This document shows, piece by piece, positions 7,686-17,535 of a stretch of DNA of 51,246 nucleotides (the first letter of the stretch is position 1; the number at the start of each line of letters is the position of its first letter). The notes below the pieces were generated by a model. It saw only the letters and a program-made list of their open reading frames with translations. It was not told the DNA's origin and did not search any database. The stretch lies in the NCBI GenBank assembly GCA_045658185.1, contig JAZOUQ010000145.1:1-51246 (forward strand), in the 5' to 3' direction. The translations under genes and the position numbers were made by a program. Origin of the DNA: Eubacteriales bacterium (GTDB lineage Bacteria; Bacillota; Clostridia; Oscillospirales; CAG-272).

Positions 7686-7720
7686 TTAAAAAATAGGTAG
7701 GAGCGTTAACTCCTACCTAC
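7686..7720 (-). terminator. rho-independent terminator after addA
   Basis: TAGGTAGGAG (7694-7703) / CTCCTACCTA (7710-7719). An A-run at 7687-7692 forms the U-tract on the minus-strand transcript. It directly abuts the RBS of the DUF11 gene. Confidence 0.7.
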
Positions 7721-7746
7721 ATTGTATGATGCTGAGTATGAAATTG

Positions 7747-10700
7747 TCATAGTATGTCGGCAGAAAGCTTTAGGGACTTGATGTTGACGTCAAAAAGCTT
7801 TGCCGCGTGAGTCGAGTATACAGCAACCCTTTCGGGGGATTTACCGAACAGCTGTTTAACGGCTTCGGAATAATAGGAGAGCTGAAGACCGTGTAGGTCA
7901 TTCATTTTTTTAGAAGCCCAAGCATCGTTGTTAAGCTCAGCGTTGTTCAATCTGTCCGTCTTATAGTCAAAGAGCAGTATATTGTCGTCTTCGTCAATAA
8001 GAATAAGGTCAATAACACCCTGAACCGCAATGGTTTCATTGCCTATTGCTTTTCTCAATTCAATATCTTCCGTGAAATTTTCGCAGGGAAGCAGAATATT
8101 AAAGCGTTGCTCTCGTATTATTTTTTTTGCATTGAGTATTTGAGAGAAAAACTCAGTATTGATAAAAGCCTTCAACTCGTCAATATAGATAATATCGGCA
8201 TACGAGTAGGGAATAAATCCTTTTTCTATAAGCATATCAACGGTTTTTTCTACTCCGTTTTCAGCCATATAGGCAAAATCGCAAAACTGCAGAAAATTGT
8301 GAGTTGCCGTTCCTCTTTCAGATGCACTCGTTCTTGGGGATTCACCTGTGAAAAATTCGGGAATTTTCATATTTTTCTCGTTGTCGAAAATGGATATGGA
8401 GGTATCATCTTCATCAAGCACGTCAGGTGAAAGCTTTGAAACGGATATTTTGGCTGGAATACGTCTTAGCCCTTTATACGGATACTCAAACGAAAAGCTT
8501 TTTTTCATAAATTCGTAAAGCTCGGTGTTATATCCTTCTTCAGGCTGTTCACACATTGAAGCCTTCAAATTATCTTGCGGCAGAGCATCTGTTGCATACA
8601 TATGAAGTTCAGCACAAGGTACATCGGTGTTATTGAAGAATACCGGGAGTATCCAATCAAAGAAGCTTGTGGCGTGTAATATGGTATAGTCACCCCAAAA
8701 ATCAGCGTTATATTTTGCAGAAGCAATAGCAGTATTGACAAGTGAACGGCTGTATGCACCCGTGACGAACAGCTGTTCCTTGGCACGGGTAAGTGCTACG
8801 TATAATACACGCATTTCCTCTTCAATTCCGCGTATTTTGCTATATAGGTCGATTATTCCTTTTAGAGGAGATTTGTATCTTGCGAATCCCGTTTTATCCG
8901 GAATAGACATAGCCATTCCAACACCGTATTCGAATGCGTAATTTTCCGATTCCTTGAGGCAGGGGAAGCTTCCGGCAGCACCTATAACGAAACAGATAGG
9001 ATATTCAAGTCCTTTTGAGCTGTGAATGGTGGAGAGCTTTACGCAATTATCAGAGCCGTCGTCCTTTTTGACCTTAAGAGTAGCTCCGTTTTCAATAAGT
9101 GTATTGATAAACTCAATGAAATTATAAAGTCCCTTAAATGAGCCTGACTCAAAGGTTCTTGCGTATTCATACAAGGTCTGAAGATTTCCACCCTCTCCAA
9201 GCTCGTCCTTGTCGCTTACAAGCCCTGAGGCAACGAACCTATCGCTGGAAAAAATCCTACGCAAAAATTTGTCAATAGGCATAGATGCCGATATACATCG
9301 CCATTCCTCTAAGGTGTCACAGAAATCGCGACATTTTTCACCCAATAAGGTATCCGTGACTGAGCACTCGCACAGCTTGTCATAAAGGGAATACGATTTG
9401 TCGCCGTATCCGTTTATCAGCATAAGCTCTTCAAGAGAGAAACCGAATATAGGCGAACGCAAAGCCCCTGCCAGATGAACGTCCCGTTGAGGATTGTCAA
9501 CTGCGTTGAGGATAGAAAGCGTCATAACTACGTCGGGATTTTTGAAATATTGAGATGCATCGGAGTTGGAGGTCTGTATTCCATATTGAGCAAGAGCGTC
9601 TGTGATTGCCGCGGCGGCAGAATGTGCTTTATAAATAACCGCAATATCACAGGGCTTGATTGCATCACCGTTCAACCGTTTGCCGTTCAGGATAAGATTG
9701 TTTATAGTTTGTGCGATAAACTGTGCTTCTGCATTTGTAGGCGAGGGAATCAAGCGTCCGTCGTCCGTCATCGTTGGCATTTTTTGCTTTGGCTTGGCAA
9801 AAAACGCAACGTTAACCTTCGGCCCTTGAGGATTTTTTTCAGGGTCTTTTCTTTTTGCCTCAGGATAAACAAGGTCGTCGGCATCCGTATATCCGATGCT
9901 ACCTTTACAAGCACGGAATATATCCGAACATATAAGATTTGTAAAATCAATTATATTTTCGGTGCAGCGGAAGTTCTCCGACATAAATATTGTTTCACAG
10001 TTAGAGTTTTCAGCCGCGGGAGTGCCGTGTGCGGGGAAATTCGCTCGGTAATCGGCAAACAGCTGTGGCTTTGCATCTCTGAAACGGTATATGCTTTGCT
10101 TTATATCGCCCACCATAAATCTATTGGTGGGGGTGCATATGCAAGAGAAAATGAGATCTTGCACGGGATCAACGTCCTGATATTCGTCAATATAAATATC
10201 CGAATATTGTTGAGCGGTAAGCTTGGCAAAATCCGTAGGTGTTTTTTCGGGTGTTACGAACAGCTTGTACGCATATCGTTTAATGTCTGCCAATTCAAGA
10301 ATATTTCTCTGTGATTTTTGTTCCATATACCGTCTTTCAAATTCTGATACGACACGGTACAGTGTGGTAAGCAGCTTTGACGTTTCGGTAAAGAAAATAT
10401 TAAAATCTTCCGAAGAAAAGCAAAAGTATTCTTTTTTTAGCGACTCCACGGTATTTTTGAAATCATCTCGGAATTTCTTACAGTACTCGCTTGTATCCGA
10501 AGCAAATTTTCCGCTTAAGCTTCCTATTGGGGGGAATTTATGCTCGCGTATCATTTTTGATATCGTGGCATAGCTTCCGTCCGATGTCTTTTTTTCAAGT
10601 CCGTTTACAATTTTCAGACAAAAAGCCCTGTCGTCCTCAAAAGAGCTACCGTAACCTGTAAGCAGCTTTTCGTCCTTTGCCATGTATACGTCGATAATTT

Positions 10701-11394
10701 TATCGTATTCGTTGAAAAAAGCTTTAAAAACAGATAGAGAATAGTCGTGTACGATATTACCGAAGCTTGTATTAAAGAAATCTTCGTCAGAGCCTACGTT
10801 TGCTGCTTCTGCACACATCTTTATGTATTCTACGCCCTCTGGAACAGTTCTGCATTTCTTCATGTAAATATCAATAAGCAGCTGAGCGATCATTCCATCG
10901 TCCGTATCTCGAATATTTTCAAAGCATTCGCAGAGAGTAGGGAAGTCGGAATCGTTATCAAAGAAGTCGCTGACCACCTGTCTTGCCGTTTCCTCAGCGA
11001 TCAAAACGGTTTCCGTTTCGTCTGCTATCCTGAAGGAAGACGAAAGTCCGAGAAGTGAGAAATTTTGTTTTACAGAATTAAGATAAAATGAATCAATAGT
11101 GCTTATTTTGGCACTTCCCAGCTTAATTAGCTGATTTGACAAATGCTTGTTCGACGGATCGTTTGCAAGAGCGTTGTTTATTGCCGCGGTTATTTTTGTT
11201 TTCAAATCATTTGCAGATGCTCTTGTAAAAGTAACGATAAGCATTTTTGAAATATCTGCGTTTTCCTTGGTTATGGAGCTTATTATACGTTGAGTCAGGG
11301 TGGTTGTTTTACCCGAACCCGCAGCAGCACTGAGAAGAAGAGTTTTATTGCGTGTTTCTATGGCTATCTTTTGAGCAGGTGTAAATTCAGGCAT
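7747..11394 (-). CDS. addA: ATP-dependent helicase/nuclease subunit A
   Basis: 1215 aa. UvrD-type helicase motifs are present (AAAGSGKT, DEYQD, TIHSSKGLE, LYVALTRA), with a C-terminal RecB-type nuclease (GVIDLI...DYKTD). It lies directly downstream of addB. Confidence 0.95.
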   Translation of the reverse strand: MPEFTPAQKIAIETRNKTLLLSAAAGSGKTTTLTQRIISSITKENADISKMLIVTFTRASANDLKTKITAAINNALANDPSNKHLSNQLIKLGSAKISTIDSFYLNSVKQNFSLLGLSSSFRIADETETVLIAEETARQVVSDFFDNDSDFPTLCECFENIRDTDDGMIAQLLIDIYMKKCRTVPEGVEYIKMCAEAANVGSDEDFFNTSFGNIVHDYSLSVFKAFFNEYDKIIDVYMAKDEKLLTGYGSSFEDDRAFCLKIVNGLEKKTSDGSYATISKMIREHKFPPIGSLSGKFASDTSEYCKKFRDDFKNTVESLKKEYFCFSSEDFNIFFTETSKLLTTLYRVVSEFERRYMEQKSQRNILELADIKRYAYKLFVTPEKTPTDFAKLTAQQYSDIYIDEYQDVDPVQDLIFSCICTPTNRFMVGDIKQSIYRFRDAKPQLFADYRANFPAHGTPAAENSNCETIFMSENFRCTENIIDFTNLICSDIFRACKGSIGYTDADDLVYPEAKRKDPEKNPQGPKVNVAFFAKPKQKMPTMTDDGRLIPSPTNAEAQFIAQTINNLILNGKRLNGDAIKPCDIAVIYKAHSAAAAITDALAQYGIQTSNSDASQYFKNPDVVMTLSILNAVDNPQRDVHLAGALRSPIFGFSLEELMLINGYGDKSYSLYDKLCECSVTDTLLGEKCRDFCDTLEEWRCISASMPIDKFLRRIFSSDRFVASGLVSDKDELGEGGNLQTLYEYARTFESGSFKGLYNFIEFINTLIENGATLKVKKDDGSDNCVKLSTIHSSKGLEYPICFVIGAAGSFPCLKESENYAFEYGVGMAMSIPDKTGFARYKSPLKGIIDLYSKIRGIEEEMRVLYVALTRAKEQLFVTGAYSRSLVNTAIASAKYNADFWGDYTILHATSFFDWILPVFFNNTDVPCAELHMYATDALPQDNLKASMCEQPEEGYNTELYEFMKKSFSFEYPYKGLRRIPAKISVSKLSPDVLDEDDTSISIFDNEKNMKIPEFFTGESPRTSASERGTATHNFLQFCDFAYMAENGVEKTVDMLIEKGFIPYSYADIIYIDELKAFINTEFFSQILNAKKIIREQRFNILLPCENFTEDIELRKAIGNETIAVQGVIDLILIDEDDNILLFDYKTDRLNNAELNNDAWASKKMNDLHGLQLSYYSEAVKQLFGKSPERVAVYSTHAAKLFDVNIKSLKLSADIL

Positions 11395-14300
11395 TTATTT
11401 TCTCCTTCCAAAATCATTTTTTCTGCAAAGCTGGGTGTATTGACAATAAGCACAAGGATCTGTTTTGATAGGATACATAGGCTGTGTATCTGCCCGACCG
11501 CCGTATATCCTTTCGCCTATCTCTGTTATGGTTTCATAAATTTGCGAATAAAGGTCTTTAAAGTCATCCGAGGAAAGCAAGGCTTTTCCGACAAACGCCC
11601 CATTCTTTTGCTCTACACCCAATAGAATATTCTTTGAGTGCGAGTGGCTCATAGCCGTTATAACACTCTCCTCGTCTAAAATTATTCCGCTTCTGGAAAT
11701 AGAATTTTTTGCTGTTTCCAAAATATCGTCCTCGCTGGTTGAAAAGTCCCCCAAGGTTTGTTTTGTCATATACGAGGACAGATATACCACACCCGCAGGA
11801 ACAGGAGCGTTATCAGCGTTAATTCCGGTACTGAGCCTGAAGGCGTTACCGGGATCACGGCAGAGAGCAAACAGATAGAGAAGCATCTGAATATTTATGC
11901 CGTTAGAAACATCATCAAGGCTGAATTGCTTTTTACCTGACTTGTAATCAACTATCCGTACGTATACCTTTTCGTTGTCCTTCCAAATATCGACGCGGTC
12001 AATATATCCCGTAAGCAAAAGGGACGCGCCGTTTGACAGTAACACCGAAAGAGGCGAGGCATCCTCCGTTGATTTTCCAATGCTGTATTCAAAGAAGAGC
12101 GGTCTGAAATCACTATCGCGGAACTCATTGATCGTGTTATCGATTATCAGCAGAGAGAGTCGCTCAAGCTTATTGTAGAGATATTCCATTCTCTTGGTGT
12201 TATACGACGGATCTTTAATGAGTAATTGAATGTATTCTGAAACTATTCTTTTTATCTCGGCACGTATTTCCTCATCTGTGGGAATAACAAGGTCTTTTGT
12301 GTTCGGAATTATAAACTTAACAATGTTCTCCATAATGTAGTGAACAAAGCTACCGAAATGGTTAGAGCCAAAGCGACCGTATTTAACCTCACGCAAGGAA
12401 AGCCAATAGTGAGCAAAATAGTTAAAGGGACATTTTGCGTATTTTTCAAGGCTTGACGGAGAAATAATAAGCTTATCACCCAGTATTCTTTTCACTATGA
12501 TTGGATCAATGCTCTTGTCCTCAGGAGTTGTAGAGGCAGAAGAAATCTCCGCAACAAGAGGCAGATGCTCTGCAACGGCATCAGTTGCGGCTAATCGGTC
12601 AGCGGCGTTAGATATAGACCTCAGGTGCGTAGCCGCACTTGTGGGTGAGCCGCAAAGGAAAGAAAGATCGTTTCCGTTAAATTTATGAGGTGTAATATCA
12701 AACATAGAGATTACCCGCCTGAATGGCAGAGATGGAGACCGTTGATCTCCTTTGGGTGTTGTGCAGGGAGTGAGCAGAAACAGCTTTTCAGTTGGAGTGC
12801 TGAACGCGTTTTTTATATACATAAGCTCGTCAGACACACGAATATCCTCCGTGTTGCCCAGTATAATATCATATTTCTCAAGTATCTCTCTGTCGGTACT
12901 GCAGAGAAGTCCCGTGTCATCAACATTCATAGGATACTCGCCCTCACAAAGTCCCGGGATAAAAACATATTTAGGGGACGAGGAACGCAGCATAGAGGCA
13001 GAACCGATTATAACCTCGTCTATGGACGTGGGGATAGTGCCTACCTCGGTTTGATCAAATACAATTTTTAGAATGGTGTAAAAATCCTCAGCAGATGGCG
13101 GCATATCTCCGCTAACCTCACCAATATCAGCAAGAGTGGAGAGAATTATATCGTAAAGTGAAGTAAGCTCGGAGGCTGTTTTTTTATTGCCGTATGAAAG
13201 CTCTTTTTTCGCAAGTTCAAGAGTTTTTTTACGAAGCTCGGACTCTTCCATGTACCTATAAAGTGCACGGCACATATCGGCAATGCTGTCGGACGCATTC
13301 AAGTTGATAAAGAACCGTTCAAGAGGCTCGCAGATTTTTTTTCGCACCTCGTTTGCCGTTTTTAAAATGTTTTTACCACGGTCGGATATGCGGATCTCAA
13401 AGCCGTCAGGGTTCATCGTCCACTCATCGGCGGTAAAACGCTTTCCGGAAATATTCCAAGTATTGACGTATTCTTCAAATATATCAGCATCTCTTAAAGT
13501 AACGTTGCAAAGACCTGTTTTTATATGAGAAATAACGTCCTTTCTTTGCCAATTATAGCGATGAATTTTTAACGCGGTCAAAATAAATTTAACGGGAGGA
13601 AGGGAACACAAATCGGTTTTTTCAGAAAAATAATACGGAATACCTGCGTTTTCAAAAGCGAAATCTATTATTCCTTTATATTTTGAAGAATCACGAGGAA
13701 TAATTACTATATCCTTACATCTCGCACCCTCCGAAAGAAGTTTGAGAATATATGATGCCATAGCTTCCGCTTCTGAATAAGTATTATCGCAAACCTCGGT
13801 GATTATGTGGTCTTGATATTTTGGAACGGCGTCTTTCTTTGGGGATATATTCCAGATGTTTTTTGACAGATAGGACAGTGACGGATGAACCATTCGTTTG
13901 TCTTCGCCCAAGTCTATCGCCTCGTAGCCTCCCCACTTGTTTGCTGATTTTTTCAAAAGTTTCAGAGAGCCTTCCGTGCTTTTCGTGCTTATGTCGGTAT
14001 ATGTACCGTCATTAAGCGGTATGGATACGATTACGTTTTTTGCAGAGGCAAATATTTTGTCTATTATTTTATGTTCCACGCCGGTAAAAGACGTAAAGGA
14101 GTCGATATATACATTTTTGTCTTTAAAGAAGGGATATTCATCAAGTATCCGGCAAAGCTTTGCCAGATCATCTGCGGAATCGTTGTAGCTGTTATCCAAA
14201 AGATGACAGTACGTTGCGTATATTGTAGAAATATCATAAAGACGGTCGGAAAGAGATAGATGGGAATCAGCACATTCCGCCGCTGCCACTTCCAGCTCTT

Positions 14301-14703
14301 CGGGGGTGATACTTGCAGCCTTCATTTCCGATACGGTTGAAATCATAGTAGATACAAACGCAGGGTCCTCTATGGCGTTTTTGGAATACTGCTTCAAGTT
14401 TTGAAAAACAAGACGCAAGGTTTGCCACATAAGCAGATGCTTTATGGGCTTTGTAGCATAAGAATAGCACAGACCGCCGTAATCCCGACATACTCTATTG
14501 TAAAGTCTTGAAAAGTTAAGAACTTCAAGCGTAAGCTGAGCATTGTTTGGCAGTTTTGTTAGTGTCAGTCTTTCGGTTTGAACAGCTTCTTGTTCAGGAA
14601 CGATAAGAACAGAGGCAACGCCTTTTTCAGCATCCTCCTTGATCATTCTTAATATTTCGGTGGTTTTACCGCTTCCGTATTTTCCAAAAATAAATTTTAT
14701 CAT
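11395..14703 (-). CDS. addB: ATP-dependent helicase/nuclease subunit B
   Basis: 1102 aa. It has an N-terminal Walker A (GKYGSGKT), a C-terminal nuclease (GYIDRVD...DYKSGK) and the Fe-S cysteine set (CPFNYF ... CAYCQYTQLC). Its stop abuts the addA start. Confidence 0.95.
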   Translation of the reverse strand: MIKFIFGKYGSGKTTEILRMIKEDAEKGVASVLIVPEQEAVQTERLTLTKLPNNAQLTLEVLNFSRLYNRVCRDYGGLCYSYATKPIKHLLMWQTLRLVFQNLKQYSKNAIEDPAFVSTMISTVSEMKAASITPEELEVAAAECADSHLSLSDRLYDISTIYATYCHLLDNSYNDSADDLAKLCRILDEYPFFKDKNVYIDSFTSFTGVEHKIIDKIFASAKNVIVSIPLNDGTYTDISTKSTEGSLKLLKKSANKWGGYEAIDLGEDKRMVHPSLSYLSKNIWNISPKKDAVPKYQDHIITEVCDNTYSEAEAMASYILKLLSEGARCKDIVIIPRDSSKYKGIIDFAFENAGIPYYFSEKTDLCSLPPVKFILTALKIHRYNWQRKDVISHIKTGLCNVTLRDADIFEEYVNTWNISGKRFTADEWTMNPDGFEIRISDRGKNILKTANEVRKKICEPLERFFINLNASDSIADMCRALYRYMEESELRKKTLELAKKELSYGNKKTASELTSLYDIILSTLADIGEVSGDMPPSAEDFYTILKIVFDQTEVGTIPTSIDEVIIGSASMLRSSSPKYVFIPGLCEGEYPMNVDDTGLLCSTDREILEKYDIILGNTEDIRVSDELMYIKNAFSTPTEKLFLLTPCTTPKGDQRSPSLPFRRVISMFDITPHKFNGNDLSFLCGSPTSAATHLRSISNAADRLAATDAVAEHLPLVAEISSASTTPEDKSIDPIIVKRILGDKLIISPSSLEKYAKCPFNYFAHYWLSLREVKYGRFGSNHFGSFVHYIMENIVKFIIPNTKDLVIPTDEEIRAEIKRIVSEYIQLLIKDPSYNTKRMEYLYNKLERLSLLIIDNTINEFRDSDFRPLFFEYSIGKSTEDASPLSVLLSNGASLLLTGYIDRVDIWKDNEKVYVRIVDYKSGKKQFSLDDVSNGINIQMLLYLFALCRDPGNAFRLSTGINADNAPVPAGVVYLSSYMTKQTLGDFSTSEDDILETAKNSISRSGIILDEESVITAMSHSHSKNILLGVEQKNGAFVGKALLSSDDFKDLYSQIYETITEIGERIYGGRADTQPMYPIKTDPCAYCQYTQLCRKNDFGRRK

Positions 14704-14902
14704 AAAATATCCCTTTAAAACAATATTTACATCTATATTTTATCATATTTATTTTATAAAGACAAGGAAAAAAGTCAAAATTAAGTACAATATATGATAA
14801 TTTTATTTTAATTCAATAACTATTACAAATTTCTTCAAAAAACTGTCACATTATCAATTTATAATGTATATAGGAAAATGTTTCCCTTAAAGGAGATTTA
14901 AT

Positions 14903-15226
14903 ATGGACGATAATAAATTCGACTTTTGAAAATAACAGAAACGAGAAAAAGAGGAGAATATTAATGATCTTCAGAATAGTCAAAATATCAAAGAAAGCCA
15001 AAAAGAAAACGATTGCGTCCTTGAAGAAAAAGCGGAAGCAACTGATAAAAAAGAAAAAGATATTGATGAAGAAACCAAAGCAGATAAAGAGAAAATTCAA
15101 GGAGATATAAAGTATCAAGAAAACTCTTTTTCAGCTAATTACGAGCCGGCGAATTTGCAGATAGTAAGATCAGGAAAGACGTATTCAGTACAGCTGAAAG
15201 TACTGTCTGATACGTCACAAAATTAA
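14903..15226 (+). pseudogene. RBS-led 108-codon frame interrupted by TGA (14927) and TAA (14933); possible decayed small gene
   Basis: AAAGGAG (14889-14895) precedes ATG 14903. The frame reads MDDNKFDF, then TGA, K, TAA. It continues in the same frame for 97 codons (QKREKEEN...YEPANLQIVRSGKTYSVQLKVLSDTSQN) with no ATG or GTG and only one late TTG as a possible start. It ends 15 nt before the response-regulator ATG. Confidence 0.3.
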
Positions 15227-15241
15227 TTTAAAGGAGCGATT

Positions 15242-15931
15242 ATGTATCATTTGTTGGTTGTTGACGATGAGGTTAGAATACGTTCAATAATAAAAAAATA
15301 CGCTGAATTTGAAGGTCATACAGTTACCGAGGCGGCAGATGGAATAGAGGCTGTAAGACTGGTGAGAAATTCTGAGTTTGACATTGTTATTATGGATATA
15401 ATGATGCCCGAGCTTGACGGATTTTCAGCGTGCAGAGAGATAAGAAAAACATCAGATGTTCCAATAATAATGCTTTCCGCAAGAGGAGAGGAATACGATA
15501 GAATAAACGGTTTTCAGCTTGGTATAGACGACTACGTTGTCAAGCCGTTTTCACCTAAGGAATTAATGCTGCGTATTGAGGCTGTTATGAAGCGTATTCG
15601 TGTACGGGAAAATAACGACTCTAAAAATAAGAATAAAATAATAACCCTTGACGAAGGTGGACTTGTTGCAGACGTGACCGCAAGAATAGTATATATTGAC
15701 GGTTCAAGAGTGGAGATGTCACCTAAGGAATACGATCTGTTTTTCTATATGCTGGAAAATAAAAACGTTGCCCTTTCAAGAGAGCGACTGATAAGCGACG
15801 TATGGGGATATGATTTTTACGGTGACGTAAGAACGCTTGATACTCATATCAAGCTTTTGAGAAAGAGCCTCGGAAGGTACGCAAGAATGATAGTTACACT
15901 CAGAGGTGTGGGATATAGATTCGAAGGATAA
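15242..15931 (+). CDS. OmpR-family response regulator
   Basis: Receiver domain (LVVDDE...DIVIMDIMMPELDG...KPF) plus a winged-helix output domain (LDTHIKLLRKSL...LRGVGYRF). Confidence 0.95.
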   Translation: MYHLLVVDDEVRIRSIIKKYAEFEGHTVTEAADGIEAVRLVRNSEFDIVIMDIMMPELDGFSACREIRKTSDVPIIMLSARGEEYDRINGFQLGIDDYVVKPFSPKELMLRIEAVMKRIRVRENNDSKNKNKIITLDEGGLVADVTARIVYIDGSRVEMSPKEYDLFFYMLENKNVALSRERLISDVWGYDFYGDVRTLDTHIKLLRKSLGRYARMIVTLRGVGYRFEG

Positions 15932-15951
15932 CGCGAATAAAGGAGAGAATC

Positions 15952-17535
15952 GTGAGTTCATCTGCATTTTTTAATACCCCTAAAAAAAGAATAGGCATAA
16001 AGTGGAAAATGTTTGCCATCTTGATAATATTTATCGTATGTGTTTTGATAGGTATATGGGTAGTGCAAATCAGAATGGTGAATTTTTTCTTTCAAACCGC
16101 AAAATTTTATGATCTGGAAAAATCCGCAACAGCTATATCAGAGCAGTTAGATGATGTGAGTATTGCAAAAAACACAGCACTTTACTATTCAGATAACTAC
16201 GGCTTTGATATATGGATATTGGAAATTGCGGATAACGAGGCAAGGTGGATTGTGGAAACCAATAATCCGCAAGTATCGGGGGATATTATTCTTTCGGAAA
16301 AAATGCAAACGTTGTATGCTCAGACGGAAAAGAACGGGGGTATATATGTTGCCACTATCCCCTCGCAAGAGCTTACAACGGGAAATCGGATAGAGGTTAT
16401 ACACGATAATTTTGGAAATGCAAAGGGTTTTCCTAAAACAAGCAGATACAATAATACTATGGGAATATTGTATTCCCGTATAGATACCGTTGGCTCTGCT
16501 GAATACTTAATATTGCAGTATGCAAGCCTTTCATCATTCAGAACTACTGTTTCAATGCTACAGTATCAGTTTATTATTATTGGATTTATGACTGGAATAA
16601 TAGCCTTGATCATCGCTGTTTTACTGTCTAAGTTAATTACCAAGCCCATTGTGAAAATGAATGAATCCGCGAAAAAATTAGCAGAAGGAAATTATAACGT
16701 AGATTTTAACGGCAAAGGATACAGAGAGATAGGTGAGCTTGCTGATACGTTGAATTATGCTTCTCAGGAATTAGCGAAAACAGACAGGCTACAGAAGGAG
16801 CTTATCTCAAACGTTTCTCACGATTTGAGAACTCCTTTGACAATGATAAAGGGTTATAGCGAAATGATGAGGGATATTCCCGATGAGAATACTCCCGAAA
16901 ACGCCCAAATAATTATAGACGAAACAACAAGACTTTCAGAGCTTGTAAACGATATGTTGGATCTTTCAAAAATACAGTCAGGAACTCGAAAGCCGAGTAA
17001 AGAGGAATTCAGCATAACGGAAATACTAAACGCTACACTTAAGCGGTATGAAAAGCTCACTATGCAGGACGGATACCGAATCGACGTATATACCGACCAG
17101 GATGTTAGTGTGGTAGCTGACAGAGGAATGATTTTACAGGTAATATATAACCTGATAAATAATGCTATAAATTATACAGGCGAGGATAAGTATGTATCGG
17201 TAAGACAGACCGTTGACAATGCTAAGGTGCGTATATCGATTACAGATTCGGGAGATGGTATATCTCCTGAAGATATGGGAAATATTTGGGAGCGTTATTA
17301 TCGTGTGGATAAGATTCATAAAAGAGCAACGATAGGTACGGGTTTAGGTCTGTCTATCGTTAAAGGAATACTTGAATCACACGGTGCCACCTATGGTGTT
17401 TGCAGTAAGCTTGGACACGGAACAACGTTTTGGTTTGAGCTGGATATAGCACCCGTTCCTGAGATTTTTGACGCAGATTATGACAACACGGATGAAGAAG
17501 GAAATGAGAACGTTAACAAACAGCAAAATAATTAA
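15952..17535 (+). CDS. membrane sensor histidine kinase (HAMP-HisKA-HATPase)
   Basis: GTG start after AAAGGAGAG. Two TM segments flank an ~170-aa extracytoplasmic region. H-box SHDLRTPLT, N-box NLINNAINYT, G-boxes DSGDGI and GTGLGLSI. Confidence 0.95.
   Translation: MSSSAFFNTPKKRIGIKWKMFAILIIFIVCVLIGIWVVQIRMVNFFFQTAKFYDLEKSATAISEQLDDVSIAKNTALYYSDNYGFDIWILEIADNEARWIVETNNPQVSGDIILSEKMQTLYAQTEKNGGIYVATIPSQELTTGNRIEVIHDNFGNAKGFPKTSRYNNTMGILYSRIDTVGSAEYLILQYASLSSFRTTVSMLQYQFIIIGFMTGIIALIIAVLLSKLITKPIVKMNESAKKLAEGNYNVDFNGKGYREIGELADTLNYASQELAKTDRLQKELISNVSHDLRTPLTMIKGYSEMMRDIPDENTPENAQIIIDETTRLSELVNDMLDLSKIQSGTRKPSKEEFSITEILNATLKRYEKLTMQDGYRIDVYTDQDVSVVADRGMILQVIYNLINNAINYTGEDKYVSVRQTVDNAKVRISITDSGDGISPEDMGNIWERYYRVDKIHKRATIGTGLGLSIVKGILESHGATYGVCSKLGHGTTFWFELDIAPVPEIFDADYDNTDEEGNENVNKQQNN

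Noticed and set aside
14846-15118. A 90-aa Phe/Ile-rich 'membrane protein' ORF on the minus strand.
   Set aside because: It is the complement of an A-rich tract, so its hydrophobicity comes from poly-T codons. It has no RBS and overlaps the more plausible + strand frames discussed in the findings.
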